DNA from: Mustelus asterias
Taxonomy: Eukaryota
DNA: 64,000 nucleotides
Assembly (NCBI RefSeq): GCF_964213995.1
Contig: NC_135834.1
Location: 17,298,001-17,362,000 of the forward strand
Direction of reading: 5' to 3'
Every line of letters starts with the position of its first letter. The stretch's first letter is position 1. A program made the translations under genes and the position numbers. The notes below the pieces were generated by a model. That model had not been told where the DNA came from, searched no databases, and was given only the letters and a program-made list of their open reading frames with translations. Below, one piece after another: positions 1 through 11,767 of this stretch.

Positions 1-742
1 TGAGCGGGCTTTACAAAATTCCCGAATGTAACTGATAGCGGAAGCCCAGCACATCAGTGCAAACGACAAGAATGAAAGATCTGCAATCATCTTTAGCAGA
101 AGGCGGATGATCAATCATGACCTTTCCCTGAAGTCCCGAGCACTATAGATCCCTTATGTCAAGGCACGATTGAAGGCAGTGGCTACTTCAAAGACTATGG
201 GCTATGTCAACATTGAGTAATTGCACAGAAGTCTTGTGCTCCAGAATTAGCTTTGTCCCTGAACCATTGAAGTGGCAAGTCTAGCATTCACTGAAAACTT
301 TCAATTAAAAATGCAAGAATTTACTGCCCAAACGCATCAAAACAGGACAAATCGACGTTTTCTGATACCAGATCCGTCAGTCAGCTTTCAATCATCAGGA
401 ACATAATAGACTGTGCCATTCACAGGACTATCCAGCTCGTATTCTGAAATCATCTGTTTAATGATGCCCAGTTTTGGTTCCAAAATGTTCACTCTGCTGC
501 AGAGCTCAATATAGATTGGTCAAAATGTAGAGGAAAAAACAATCTTAAATCAAGGTTAGAGTTCAGAGTCACTGTCCTTGACACAAATGTAGTATTTGAC
601 CAAGTGTAGCATCAAAAACCCTGACATAACAAAAGTCAATGAGAATGGGGGAATCTCTCTATTCTTTCTAATTTAAACTAGCACAAAGACAAATGGTGAT
701 GGTCGTTGAAGTTCGCTGCAGCTTTATCACCTCTGTTCCCGG

Positions 743-1439
743 TGTAACTGAATGGCCTGTACAGACTTAACTTTCAATATGCTGAAAGAACTTCAATCAA
801 GTGAACTTGATTTTTGGTAAAGGTTTGTTTCACTCTGCTGGGATTTCTTGAGGCCAAGCTAGCCTGGAACCTATGAAAAGACACAAGGTCTCAGACGTAA
901 CAACTTTTCCTTAGAAGGGAGGAGTTCTTTGCAGACTTTTGGAATCGATGTTCCTTATATGGACAACGGAATGTCAACAACATGCTCTAAAAAGCCGAGA
1001 TATGATGGGGTCTGGAGTGCCCAAGACCACAGCCCTGACTCGATTTGTTTGGCTTATCAAACCATGCAATTGGGTTTTTTGATCAGTTCGTTGGGTGGTT
1101 ACTAAGGAACTTTTGGAGGTTGACGATGCGAACACGAAGAGCTTGTTCAGAAGGTCGTGTGAAGAACCAAGGGACCAAGCACACAAGGAAATAGAACATC
1201 GGGGAGAAGAGAGCAAAGCGCTGATTCCATATGACAAAACCTTGGTCAGGTTTTAATTGCCGGTAGAAGTCAACCTTAAATTGAGTAAAGTAACAGATAG
1301 TGAGTATTTGGTTGATGCATTGCACGTATTTACTGTTGTTTAAGTAGCTACAGAATAAAATGAATTGTGTTTAAGTATTTAAAGTCGAACTTATGTCTTT
1401 ATTCGCTCCAGAAGTTAAAACACATCGGTTTGTAGAACA
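743..1439 (+). mobile_element. Probable solo LTR inserted in an old LINE
   Basis: TG...CA termini and AATAAA at about 1354. Flanked by CCGG and CAGG; the latter is CCGG in the duplicate at 11925, giving a 4-bp TSD. Host LINE sequence continues on both sides. Confidence 0.55.
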
Positions 1440-1477
1440 CAGGACATCACTGCAGGAGTGTCCAGAGACAGTTTTTT

Positions 1478-1776
1478 AAAGTTTATTCATTCGTGTCACA
1501 ATTAGGCTTGCATTAGCACTGCAATGAAGTTACTGTGAAAATCCTTTGGTCGCCACACTCGGGCGCATGTTCGGGTACACTGAGAGAGAATTTAGCATGG
1601 CCAATGCGCCTAACCAACACATTTTTCGGACCGTGGGAGGAATGCGGAGCACTTGGAGGAAACCTGCGCAGACACGTGGAGAATGTGCAGACACCACACA
1701 GACAATGACCAAAGCCTGGAATTGAACACGGGTCCCTGGCGCTGTGAGGCAGCAGGGCTAACCACTGTGCCACCAC
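1478..1776 (-). mobile_element. tRNA-derived SINE, HE1/V-SINE-like head with an alternative tail (duplicate at 11967-12252)
   Basis: Head GTGGCACAGTGGTTAGC..CTGCTGCCTCACAGC and the central GTCTGTGTGG...TGCAC..TCTCC domain. Confidence 0.78.
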
Positions 1777-4478
1777 TGTGTCACCTCCTTCATCACTGAC
1801 CTTCCCTCCATCATAATGTCAGAAGTGGAGATGTTCGCAATAATTTCAAAATGTGCAGCACTATTTGCGACTCATCAGACAGTGATGCAGTCGGGATCCT
1901 GACACAAGCAAACATCTGTGCTTGGTCTGATATATCGCAAGTGTAATGTAAGGCACACAGGTGTCAGGCAGTGCCAGTTTCCAATAAGAGATAATCTAAC
2001 TTCTCCCCATCACATTCGGTGGAATCACCATCGCTGAATCCCACACTTTCAACAACCTGGGCGCTTAAAACTGGCCATAATCTGACTGGGCCAGACGTTT
2101 AACGCAGAGGCTGTAGGATCTTACCGGAGACTGTACATTTGGAGGCGTGAAACTCACCGTTTGTCTCGCCAAAGCCTGTCTGCGATTTAAAGGTCAAAGC
2201 CGCTGAAATACTGTTCACTTGCCTGGACGTGCTCGAATCAAGAAACACTCAAGAAAGCTGATACCATCCTGAACACGTTCGATGGGCATTCTTAGCACTA
2301 CCGTAAATATTCAAAATTGTGCATTTTAGAAATGACATGACCTAGTCCGGCAATTATTAATACAGAGGCTAATGCATATAATCAAAACAATGCATGTTGT
2401 GCTCAGGCACTTTATTTAAACAGGGAATTTGTATTCTATTCTGTAACTGAAGTAGTGCCCAGTGTGATAAATCAGAGTCACGGCCCAATGAAATAGAAAG
2501 AGCCTGATTGTGCACTGCAGTATACTGTGAAAGAAAGCCTGTGTATTACAATAAAAGGGCATGGCCTCGTGGAGTAAAGTGATGTCATGAACCAAAGAAA
2601 ACTCATTGCACTCATTGCCGATTAAAGTGGACATTCTGGCACCCATGGTCTCGCATTCTGCCATGGTCAAAATTCTTATTTTATTAAGATCGACAAAAAT
2701 GTACACCAGGAATTGAGACATTTTGTTCTGTTATTGATATCCAAACACTAGCATAGGTCACCATAATCGAAACCTGGTTGTACTTTCAGTCCTCAGGGAC
2801 GTCCTGAGAAAGGAATCAACTGGCACATCAGCGTGAGCTCTTTCTTGCTGTATAAATATCAGAAACAGTGACTGACTTGCACATACACAGAATCCGCCTA
2901 TCACGTTCGCGCCGCCTCTCTGACGAGCATTATATCTTAGTGCTATTCCTCTTTCTTCCCCACGAACCGCAGCATATTGTTGCTATTCAAGTAATGATCT
3001 AATTCCCTCCTGAATGCCTCGATTGAATCTACCTCCAAAATACATCCAGGTAGTGCATTCAGACCGGAAACACTTGTTGTGTCAACACATATATTTTCCT
3101 CACGTCACATGTGTTTCTGCTGCAAATCTCTTTAGATTTGTGCCCTCTTCTTGATCGTTTTGCGTGGGAGAGCATTTACTCCCTATCTTCTCTCTCCATC
3201 CCCTCATGATTTTCAACACCTCTAACAAATCCTCCAAGGAGAACAGTTCCAACCATTTCAATCTATTCTCATGGCTGAGGTTCCTCATTCCTTTCTTGCA
3301 AAGCTCTTCTGCACTCTTTCCTAGGTGTTCACTCCCTTCCAATAAAGTGGCGAACAGAAAAGTAATAAATTCCTGCTGAGGTCTAACTCGTGTCTTCCAT
3401 ACGTTCAACCTAAGACACTTGCTCATATACTCCGTGCCCCATTTATGAATTTCAGAGCGCTACATGTTTTTTTAACTGTTCTCTATACATGCACTGCCAC
3501 CTTCAATGATATATGCACATATACACCCAGTTGCCTCTGCTCCGGCACCCCTTTTAGAATTTTACCCCTTATTTTAAATTGTCTTTCCATGTTTTTTCTA
3601 CATCTCAAAACGCAACACTTCACACGTCCTTGCATTGACCTTCATCTGCTACCCATCTGCCCACTCTGCAAATGCATCTGTCATTTTGAAATCCTCCACT
3701 ATCCCCTTCACAATTTACAATACTTCCATGTTTTGTGCAATACACACACTTTCGCACTGTCCCTGCAAACCAAGATCATTCATATATATATCAGAAAAAG
3801 CAAGTGCTCTGGGGCGCACCATTCCAAGTCTTTTTGTTCCATCCACCATTACTCTACTTCCGATTATTAAGTCAATTTTGTATCCAGGTTGCCATTGTCC
3901 CTTTTATTCCACGGGCTCTATTTTTCTCACAAGTCCATTGTGCGCAATTATATCTAATGCCTTCTGAGAGTCAAAGTACACAGCATCAGCAGCATTACCC
4001 TCATTGACATTTTATGGGACCTTGCCAATGAAAAATGCAAAAGCTCTCGACTCACTTGCCTCTTTCCTCCCATCAGCATATGTCTCTACCTTTCACAACA
4101 CTGACAACATATAGTGCTGCTTAAAAAAAGACAACTGAATAATACTGATCAACCGTACTGACAGCTAATACACTTAATATATTTTTAACTGGACTTATTA
4201 ATTTATTGTCAATGATTAATAGAGTGGTGATATTAAAATGTAACCATTGATTCTTGGTGTTACACTTTGGAGCTGTGTCAGAGCCAAAAAAATAAAGGCA
4301 ATCCAGTACATGAAAACAAAAACTTCAGTGAGGCGCAGGTGCATTTATATGTTTGTGACAATAACTTAATTAATGAAAAGTTTCAAACCGACTAATCATC
4401 TCCCTGAAGTCTGCAATCGTGTATAAACATGAACATTTTTTGGGGTGTTACAGAACACACTCAGTGCCTCTCGTCGAA

Positions 4479-7260
4479 ATGCACGGGGTACCACAAGGTC
4501 TGGTGTTTGCCATTTACTATCCCATCATTGCAGCTATTGGAGTACCTGGTAAGCGATTCAAGTTAGTTAGTTAGTAGGTGTGTCAGTCATCGTTACACTG
4601 CGTTAATTCTACCATTTAGCAGTAGCTCTTATCCACGGTACAGATTGTCTTTCCTAATGTACTGAGACATATGTCTACAATGCACTGATGTCATGTCTTT
4701 TCTGCAACCGCTATAATTCCTCATTTTCACGATCTTCAGCTTAACACTTTTAGTGTATGTATTCATTAACTTGAATATTATGATTACTTTCCTTTCTAAC
4801 ATAGTATTCTGGTATAAATTATAGGATTTTCGAGAAATTTCCATTGTTACCAGCATATCTTTTTCGTATCAACCGGCATGATGTGTCCCCTTTAACAATA
4901 GTGTGCTTCTTTGTGACCAGTTACATCTATTTCTGTTAATTGTATTGTTGTTTTCCCGTCATACATTGTAAATCTATTGTGATGCTGTTACTGCGCGTAA
5001 ATTTATATACTGTGATCAGGATGGAAATTAAATTTCATTGCGTTATTCACAAAGCTATTGTGTGCAGATAACAAACAAATGTTATTGTGGTGTAAATATA
5101 GTTATATGATGGCATCAACATTCTTCTTGCAAATAAATTCTCACATTTTTGATGCAATGCCATGGCGTACCATGGCCATTGTTGTTGCGGGTGACTCCAA
5201 TTGCGATCACGGTGTATCTGTAGATTCCATATACTATTAGCTTTGACAGTGACTAAATAATACCCACCAAGGATTTAGTGAATTGAAGAACAGAGAATTT
5301 AATAATTTTTGACTGAATTATTTTCGTAAATTTATTGAAGGGACTTAATTAAGCCCCAATGTGTTTGCAAATATAACAGATATATTGTACTTGACCTCCA
5401 ATGGGTGAATTTTGTTTGCCTCTCAATCACAGAGCACAGTGTTTATGGTCTCAGTCGCTCACACTCAATGATTCAGCCCGGCATATCTCTTCAATATTAA
5501 CTGATCCTGATGTGTCCAAGTTGACGACTGCTGATACCAGATTGCCTTCTGCTCACACTTGGCAATGCCTGTGACTGATTGCCAGATATATTATGTTCTC
5601 CACATTGTATGAGACATCTCAAATGTTGTAAAAACTTGGATTCAAGGTAGCATAATTGTTTTTCAATTCAAGTATCCAATATATGAAAAATTTAGTTTTT
5701 TACCCCAAAAGCCGAGTGGAGCAACGAATAGGTCTTACATTGCTGAAGGGTCATTCACCTAATGGAACCTCATCATTTCCCATTTCCAATGGCCTGGAAT
5801 GACACCAAAGATCGCAATGCATTTCCTTGGGAAGTTGAAAGATTTAGCTCTACATCCCAAACATGTGTTCCACAAAGTCGGGAAACGCAACACATCAATT
5901 CTCATCCCTCCGTTGCAATTGGTGTTGACCAAGTTGACTGTTGACATTCACACCAGTGAATGATTTCACATTAGTTACTTGAAATCAATCACTTCTAATA
6001 CTAAGTGCATCAGAATCCGTTGTTATTTTCGTTTCCACACTTATTGTTCGCAGTTTTGCTGCACAGATGCTTATAAATACTTCGTTTTTCTGTTATTGTT
6101 CTGCTGATGTGATATACAACTTTGCATTCGAGTTTGTTGTGTTTTCGATTTCTTCTTTCACTCTTTTATGTTTCCTTGGAATATTTGACGATAACATGAC
6201 ATTGTAAATCCTTATTTGTAATGTACCCCACAGTGCTCAAACTTGGAAATAATAATCCCGAGAGTAAAGCATGACTTTCACAATATTCTGACGTGTCAAA
6301 CTCTCAGATTCCTGTGTTGAACGTTTTATTCAGCCCCGACTCACAATGGTCTCCCTCTCTTTCTATTATAGCTAACATGGCAGTGATTGTGATCCTGTCT
6401 CGAAGGACATGTGGTCTGTCCAGATGTATAACATACTACCTGGTGTCCATGGCGGCGACAGATCTCTTGGTTGTGGTGACGGTTGTCATATTAAACCGGA
6501 TCGCTGGGATTTATTTTCCAAACAGTTTCCTGTCCATCACACCAGTATGTGGCGTTCGTGCTTCCTTAAACTTTGCAGCCATTGACAGCTCTGCCTGGTT
6601 AACTGTCGCTTTTACATTTGATCGATTTGTGGCCATTTCTTGTCAGAAGTTGAAAATAAAATATTGCACTGAGAAGGTGGCAGCACGGGTTATAGGAATT
6701 GTATGCGCACTGTCCTGCATGAAGAATATATCCACATATTTTGCTTATACACCGATATACATAATCAATAATGTACCATGGTTTTGTCGTGTAAAAGATA
6801 TATATTACACATCACCGGCTTGGGCCGCATATGATTGGATTCGATCCATTTCGTTCTGATTTTGCTGCTAAATGCTCTGACTGTCAGAAACATTATAGCG
6901 GCCAACAGAGCCGGCAGGAGACTCCGGATCCAGAACAATGGCGAGAATCAGAGTGACCCAGAAATGGAGAAGCGGAAAAAATCCATTGTTTTACTCTTTG
7001 CCATCTCCGGAAGCTTCATCCTGTTATATCTTCTGTTCTGCGTATCCATCCTCTATGTCCGAATTGCAGAACTTACTTATTCCACAGGTTCCGATTTCAG
7101 TAATGCGACATTTGTTCTCCAGCAGAGCGGATATATGCTTCAGTTACTGAGTTCCTGCATCAACCCTTTCATTTATGCAGGGACCCAGAGTAAGATCAGA
7201 GAGGAGTTAAAGAATGGAGTGAAATATCCATTTAACATAATTGTTAAAATAATTTCTTGA
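4479..7260 (+). pseudogene. Paralogous GPR139-like GPCR, frameshifted; exon 1 4479-4548, exon 2 6372-7260
   Basis: Near-identical to 14991-17792, but exon 2 is 889 bp instead of 908 bp. A 19-bp deletion near 6851 (TAACCCCCTGTCTCCCATT missing) gives TGA at 6857-6859 at the start of TM5; the remainder is in ORF 6835-7260. Confidence 0.85.
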
Positions 7261-7671
7261 ATTAAATAGGCAATCCAACATGATCCGATATTCTTACTTT
7301 CATATCCATGTCGAGTATAAGATTGGTTAATAAACGTTGCATTCCGCATTAGCTAGCTTTGTAATGTTTACTAGTTATTTCCCAGGTCTGTATCCTGTCG
7401 CTCGCTGAGCCTTTGAGCATTCTGATCCCTCATTCTCCAACTGATCCTCCTCTTCGCCTCCATCTATTTCCCTCCTTCTCTTCCCTTCCTCTTTTTGTTT
7501 TCGTCTCCTGTTCCTCTTCTGTTCCTTTACACTTTCTCCTTCACTTCTCTTCTATTCTTCCCACCTGTTTCTCCTCGTCGCATTCTTTTGTAATATGAGA
7601 ATGTCGCTGACAACGGCAGCATTCGTTTCCCATCGTCGCTTGCCATTATTGAGAGAGAGGTGGTTTTATTC

Positions 7672-7985
7672 AATTTGATTTGATTTATTATTGTCACAGG
7701 TATTAGTATCCAGTGAAAATATTGTTTCTTCCGCGCTGTACAGGCACAGCATACCGTTCATAGTGAAGGAAACGAGAGAGTGCAGAATGCAGTGTTACAG
7801 TCATAGCTCGTGGGCCGGAAAGATCAACTTAATGCAAAGTCGGTCCATTCAAAAGTCTGATGGCAGCAGGGAAAAAGCTCTTCTTGAGTCGGTTGGTCGG
7901 TGACCTCAGACTTTTGTATCTTTTTCCCGACGGAAGAAGGTGGAGGAGAGAATTTCCGGGGTGCATGGTCCTTAATTATACTGGA
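7672..7985 (-). mobile_element. 3' end of a Rex1/Babar-like LINE (duplicate at about 18285-18595)
   Basis: Decayed IIKD...LLPSG...RLKKSFFPAAIRLLN-like C-terminus and a (TCAAA)n tail; family assignment from recall. Confidence 0.5.
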
Positions 7986-8759
7986 GCCGGTGTAGTGAAG
8001 TCCCGAGCTCTGGAACTGCAGCGCCGGCTGGTGTTTATGGACTAGCTGGACACCAACATCGTTCCACGATGCGCAAACTCTAATGCGGTCTGTCAAATGT
8101 TCAAACTCATGCCGCGGCAACATCTGGTAAATGCAGCTTTGCTGCTACAGATCCATGTCAGCCTTCAGAAGCTGAGAAATACCTGGCAATCTTGCCATCT
8201 TCTGCTTATGTGTCGACGTATCTGCCACAGCTTCCGTGAACTGACACGAATGGATTTGACCCCGGATTAAACCAATGTCAGTAACCACTAACTTCGCTGT
8301 ATTCGAGTTTCGAGGTGGTGTGTGTTCTGGAAACTATTTGATTGCTGCATTGAAAGTCAATTTCTCTGCCGCATTTGGAAGGCTACTGCGCCGGTCCAGC
8401 ATTTGGCTGCATTTCTTAATGTCCTTTCATAGAGATAGAGGTGTCATGAGTTGGCGGCATGTTCACTTGACTACTCATTTGGTGTTCCACATGAATTCTG
8501 GTGCGCAAGTGAAGAGTATATTTTCAGCTACACAACGGGAGCTTGCCCCTTTATGGCCTCTCTTTCAGTATTTGGAGCTTTGAACCCGCCCAACCATTCG
8601 TAATGACGTGCCCTGTCTCTTTGCCACCCGACTCAAACGTCTCTCTATTCACGCGCTGCAGGACGTCCATGCAGAACATCTCCAATCCGGTGCTCGGCCT
8701 GTCTCTGCGTTAAATATCTCCTTTTCACCGGGAATTCCTAAATTTCCAGCAGTTATAAA

Positions 8760-9092
8760 TCATAGATTAGATCATAGATCATTGATCCCCTAAAGTGCAG
8801 AAGGAGGCCATTCGGCCCATCGAGTCTGCACCGACCACATTTCCACCCAGGCCCTATTCCCGTAACCCCACATATTTACCCGACTAATGCCCCGAAGACT
8901 AGGGTCAATTTAGCATGGCTAATCAACCTGACCCGCACATCTTTGGACTGTGGGAGGAAACCGGAGCACCCAGAGGAAACCCATGTAGACACGGGGAGAA
9001 CGTGCAAACTCCGCACAGACAGTGACCCGAGGCCGGAATTCAACCCGGGACGCTGGTGTGTTGAGGCAGTAGTGCTTACCACTGTGCCACCG
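8760..9092 (-). mobile_element. HE1-like SINE with CR1-derived tail (duplicate at 19370-19701)
   Basis: Same head; tail ...GATGGGCCGAATGGCCTCCTTCTGCACT followed by (TCTATGA)n. Confidence 0.8.
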
Positions 9093-9587
9093 TTCTCGAA
9101 ATTAAAAATAAACACACAACAGGAGTTCAATCATCGTAGAGGCCCAGCTGAGGATCATGGTGCCACAGATATGACTCCAACTTGAGGATATTCACTTATA
9201 AATGTGCAGGGCTCATACATGCTTCACCAGCACCTTCCCAAAGATGGGAATTCACCATTGACTGCCAATACGTCAGCCAGGCCATCTCTGCTGTGGGACG
9301 TCCTCTTAAATCGCCGCATTTAAGGCTGAAAGATCAATATTTTGCGCTGAAATGACTAGTCATTGAAAGGGAGATTCAGGTGACGGATCCAGTTTCAGCA
9401 TTGCAGGCAGTGAGTCCAGCACAGATTTTCTCACCTATTCTGCTATAGCAATCCAGCTTTTCACGTCTTGTGTAGAATATTTCCCCAAGAAACCCCTCTG
9501 ACCACTGACAACTTGTAACAACACATCATGGGACCCACCAGTAAGCCTGGACGTACCATTACTTCAGCCGTGTGTTAGGTTGTTTGT

Positions 9588-11752
9588 CCCGACGCAAAGT
9601 ATTCATTTAGGATCTCCCCTACTTCTTTGGGCTCCAAGCATAAATCCCCACTTTTGTCCCTGAGAGGTCCGATTATTTCCCTGACAACCCTTTTGTTCCT
9701 AACATATGAATAAAATGCCTTGGGATTCTCCTTAATCCTGTCTGCCAAGAACATTTCGTGACCCCTTTTTGCTCTTCTAATTCCCCGTTTGAGTTCTTTC
9801 CTACTTTCTTTGTACTCCTCCAGAGCTCCCTCCGTTTTTAGCTGCCTGGACCTACCATACGCCTCTCTTTTCTTTTTGACCAGTCCCTCAATTTCCCTGG
9901 TTATCCACGGTTCTCGAATCCTACCCTTCCTATCCTTCTTTTTAACAGGCACATGCCTGTCCTGGAGCCCTAACAACTGTTCCTTAAAAGACTCCCACAT
10001 GCCAGATGTGGATTTACCCTCAAACAGCCTCTCCCAATCAAGAGCTGCCAATTTCTGCCTAATCCCACTAAAGTTTGCCTTCCCCCAATCTAACACCTTA
10101 CCCTTGGGACACCATTCATCCTTTTCCATCACTATCCTAAAGCTAACAGAATTGTGGTCACTATTTGCCACATGTTCCCCTACCGAAACTTTGAAGACCT
10201 GACCGGGATCATTCCCCAGTACGAGGTCCAGTATAGCCCCCTCTCTAGTCGGGCTATCTACATATTGTTCCAAAGAACCCTCCTGTACGCATTTTACAAA
10301 TTCCTCCCCATTCAGAGTCCCTGCTCTCAGCGATTTCCAGTCTATACCAGGGAAATTGAAGTCTCCCACGACAACAGCCCTATTTTTCCTGCACCTATCC
10401 AGTATCTCCTGACATATCCGTTCTTCCACTTCCCTTGGGCTGTTGGGGGGCCTGTAGTACACCCCCAACATAGTGACTGCGCCATTCCTGTTTCTAAGCT
10501 CCACCCAGAGTGACTCGTTACACGACCCCTCTGAATTGTCCTCCCTCTGCACCGCTGTAATATGCTCTCCAACTAATACTGCTACTCCCCCACCTCTTTT
10601 GGCCCCTCCTCTGTCTCGCCTAAAACACTGGTACCCCGGAATATTCAGCTGCCAGTCCTGTCCCTCTTTCAACCAAGTCTCTGTCACCGCAACCACATCC
10701 AAATTCCTCGTGAGCATTAAGGGCCTAAGTTCATCTGTCTTACCTGCTACGCTCCTTGCATTGAAGTATAAGCACTCCAGACCTCCAGGCCCAGTGAGGT
10801 CATCCTCCCCCAGAGTGCTCTTCTTCTTTGCCAGCCTTGTCCCAGCCCCATGCTCGTCCCCAGCCTCTACACTTGTTGACCTAATATTTTGATCCCCTCC
10901 CCCCTGCCATACTAGTTTAACCCCCCCCCCCCCGAACTGCACTAGCAAAACTCCCAGCCAGGATATTCGTGCCCTTCCAACTTAGTTGTGACCCGTCCTT
11001 CTTGTACAGGTGCCATCCTCTCCTGAAAACTTCCCATTGATCTAGGAAAATGAAGCCCTCCCTCCTGGACCAGTCCTTTAGCCAAGCATTCAATTTTACT
11101 AACTCCCTATTCGTAGCCTCACTGGCACGAGGCATTGGGAGCAGCCCAGAGATGGCCACCCTGGAGGCCATACTTTTTAGCCTATTTCCCAACTCCCTGA
11201 ATTGCTCTCGTAGGATCCCCCTGCTCTTCCTATCTACGTCATTTGCACCAATGTGTACAATGACATCCGTTTCTTTATCTTCCCCTTTTAATATGCCTCC
11301 TATCCGCTCGGAGACATCCATGACCCCAGCACCAGGTAGGCAGACTACCATCCTGGAGTCCCGTTCGCACCCACAGAATCGCCTGTCCGTGCCTCTAACC
11401 GACACATCCCCCACCACTATTGCTCTCCTAACCCCTCTCTTTCCTTTCCGGGCCACAGAGCCTGACTGTGTGCCAGTGACCTGGTCACTGTGGCTTACCC
11501 CTGGAGAGTCATCCTCCCCCACACTATCCAAAACAATATACTTGTTTTGGAGTGGGACAACCACAGGTGACCCCTCCTCTAATTGCTCACTCCCCTCCCC
11601 TCTCACACCTGTCGCCGAGCCCTTCCTATTATGAGAGACAGCCACTGGAATACTCTCTGGTACGTTACCCTTCTGACATTTACTCCTCCTAACTGTGACC
11701 CACGTGTCTTCCTCCCGACGCCCCGGTGTAACTAGTTGCCTATCACTCATGT
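9588..11752 (-). mobile_element. Internal CR1 LINE fragment (ORF1 esterase part and ORF2 endonuclease), lacking RT and 3' tail
   Basis: ORF 10917-11750 has the SGNH-like VVGDxxVRG and HIGAND motifs. ORF 9575-10948 is an APE endonuclease (NARS, TETW, GDFN, SDH) ending at EILNEYFAS. Same family as 20681-23034 and 34315-37113. Confidence 0.9.
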
Positions 11753-11767
11753 CAATTATTCTCTATT

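Larger units (their letters stand above)
1..2300 (+). mobile_element. Old degenerate LINE reverse-transcriptase region (CR1/L2-type) hosting the LTR and a SINE
   Basis: Decayed RT motifs: DAQFG-like near 462, LD...FD.V.H-like near 575-610, and INDLPS...FA-like near 1790-1840. No open frame. Confidence 0.5.
1284..9582 (+). repeat. Segmental tandem duplication, copy 1 (~8.3 kb)
   Basis: Collinear with 11768-20187 throughout, including the GPCR gene and embedded SINE/LINE remnants. Identity looks like the mid-90s percent by eye; not computed. Confidence 0.93.

Noticed and set aside
7430-7600. Pyrimidine-rich tract after the GPCR (also about 17960-18120) and CA/CT-rich tract 55680-55850
   Set aside because: Low-complexity sequence; the small ORFs over them are compositional artefacts.
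9789-11634. Ser/Leu/Pro-rich ORFs opposite LINE ORFs, and recurrent SINE-derived ORFs such as GHCLCGVCTFS
   Set aside because: Antisense or alternative frames of repeats; they recur wherever the repeat occurs.
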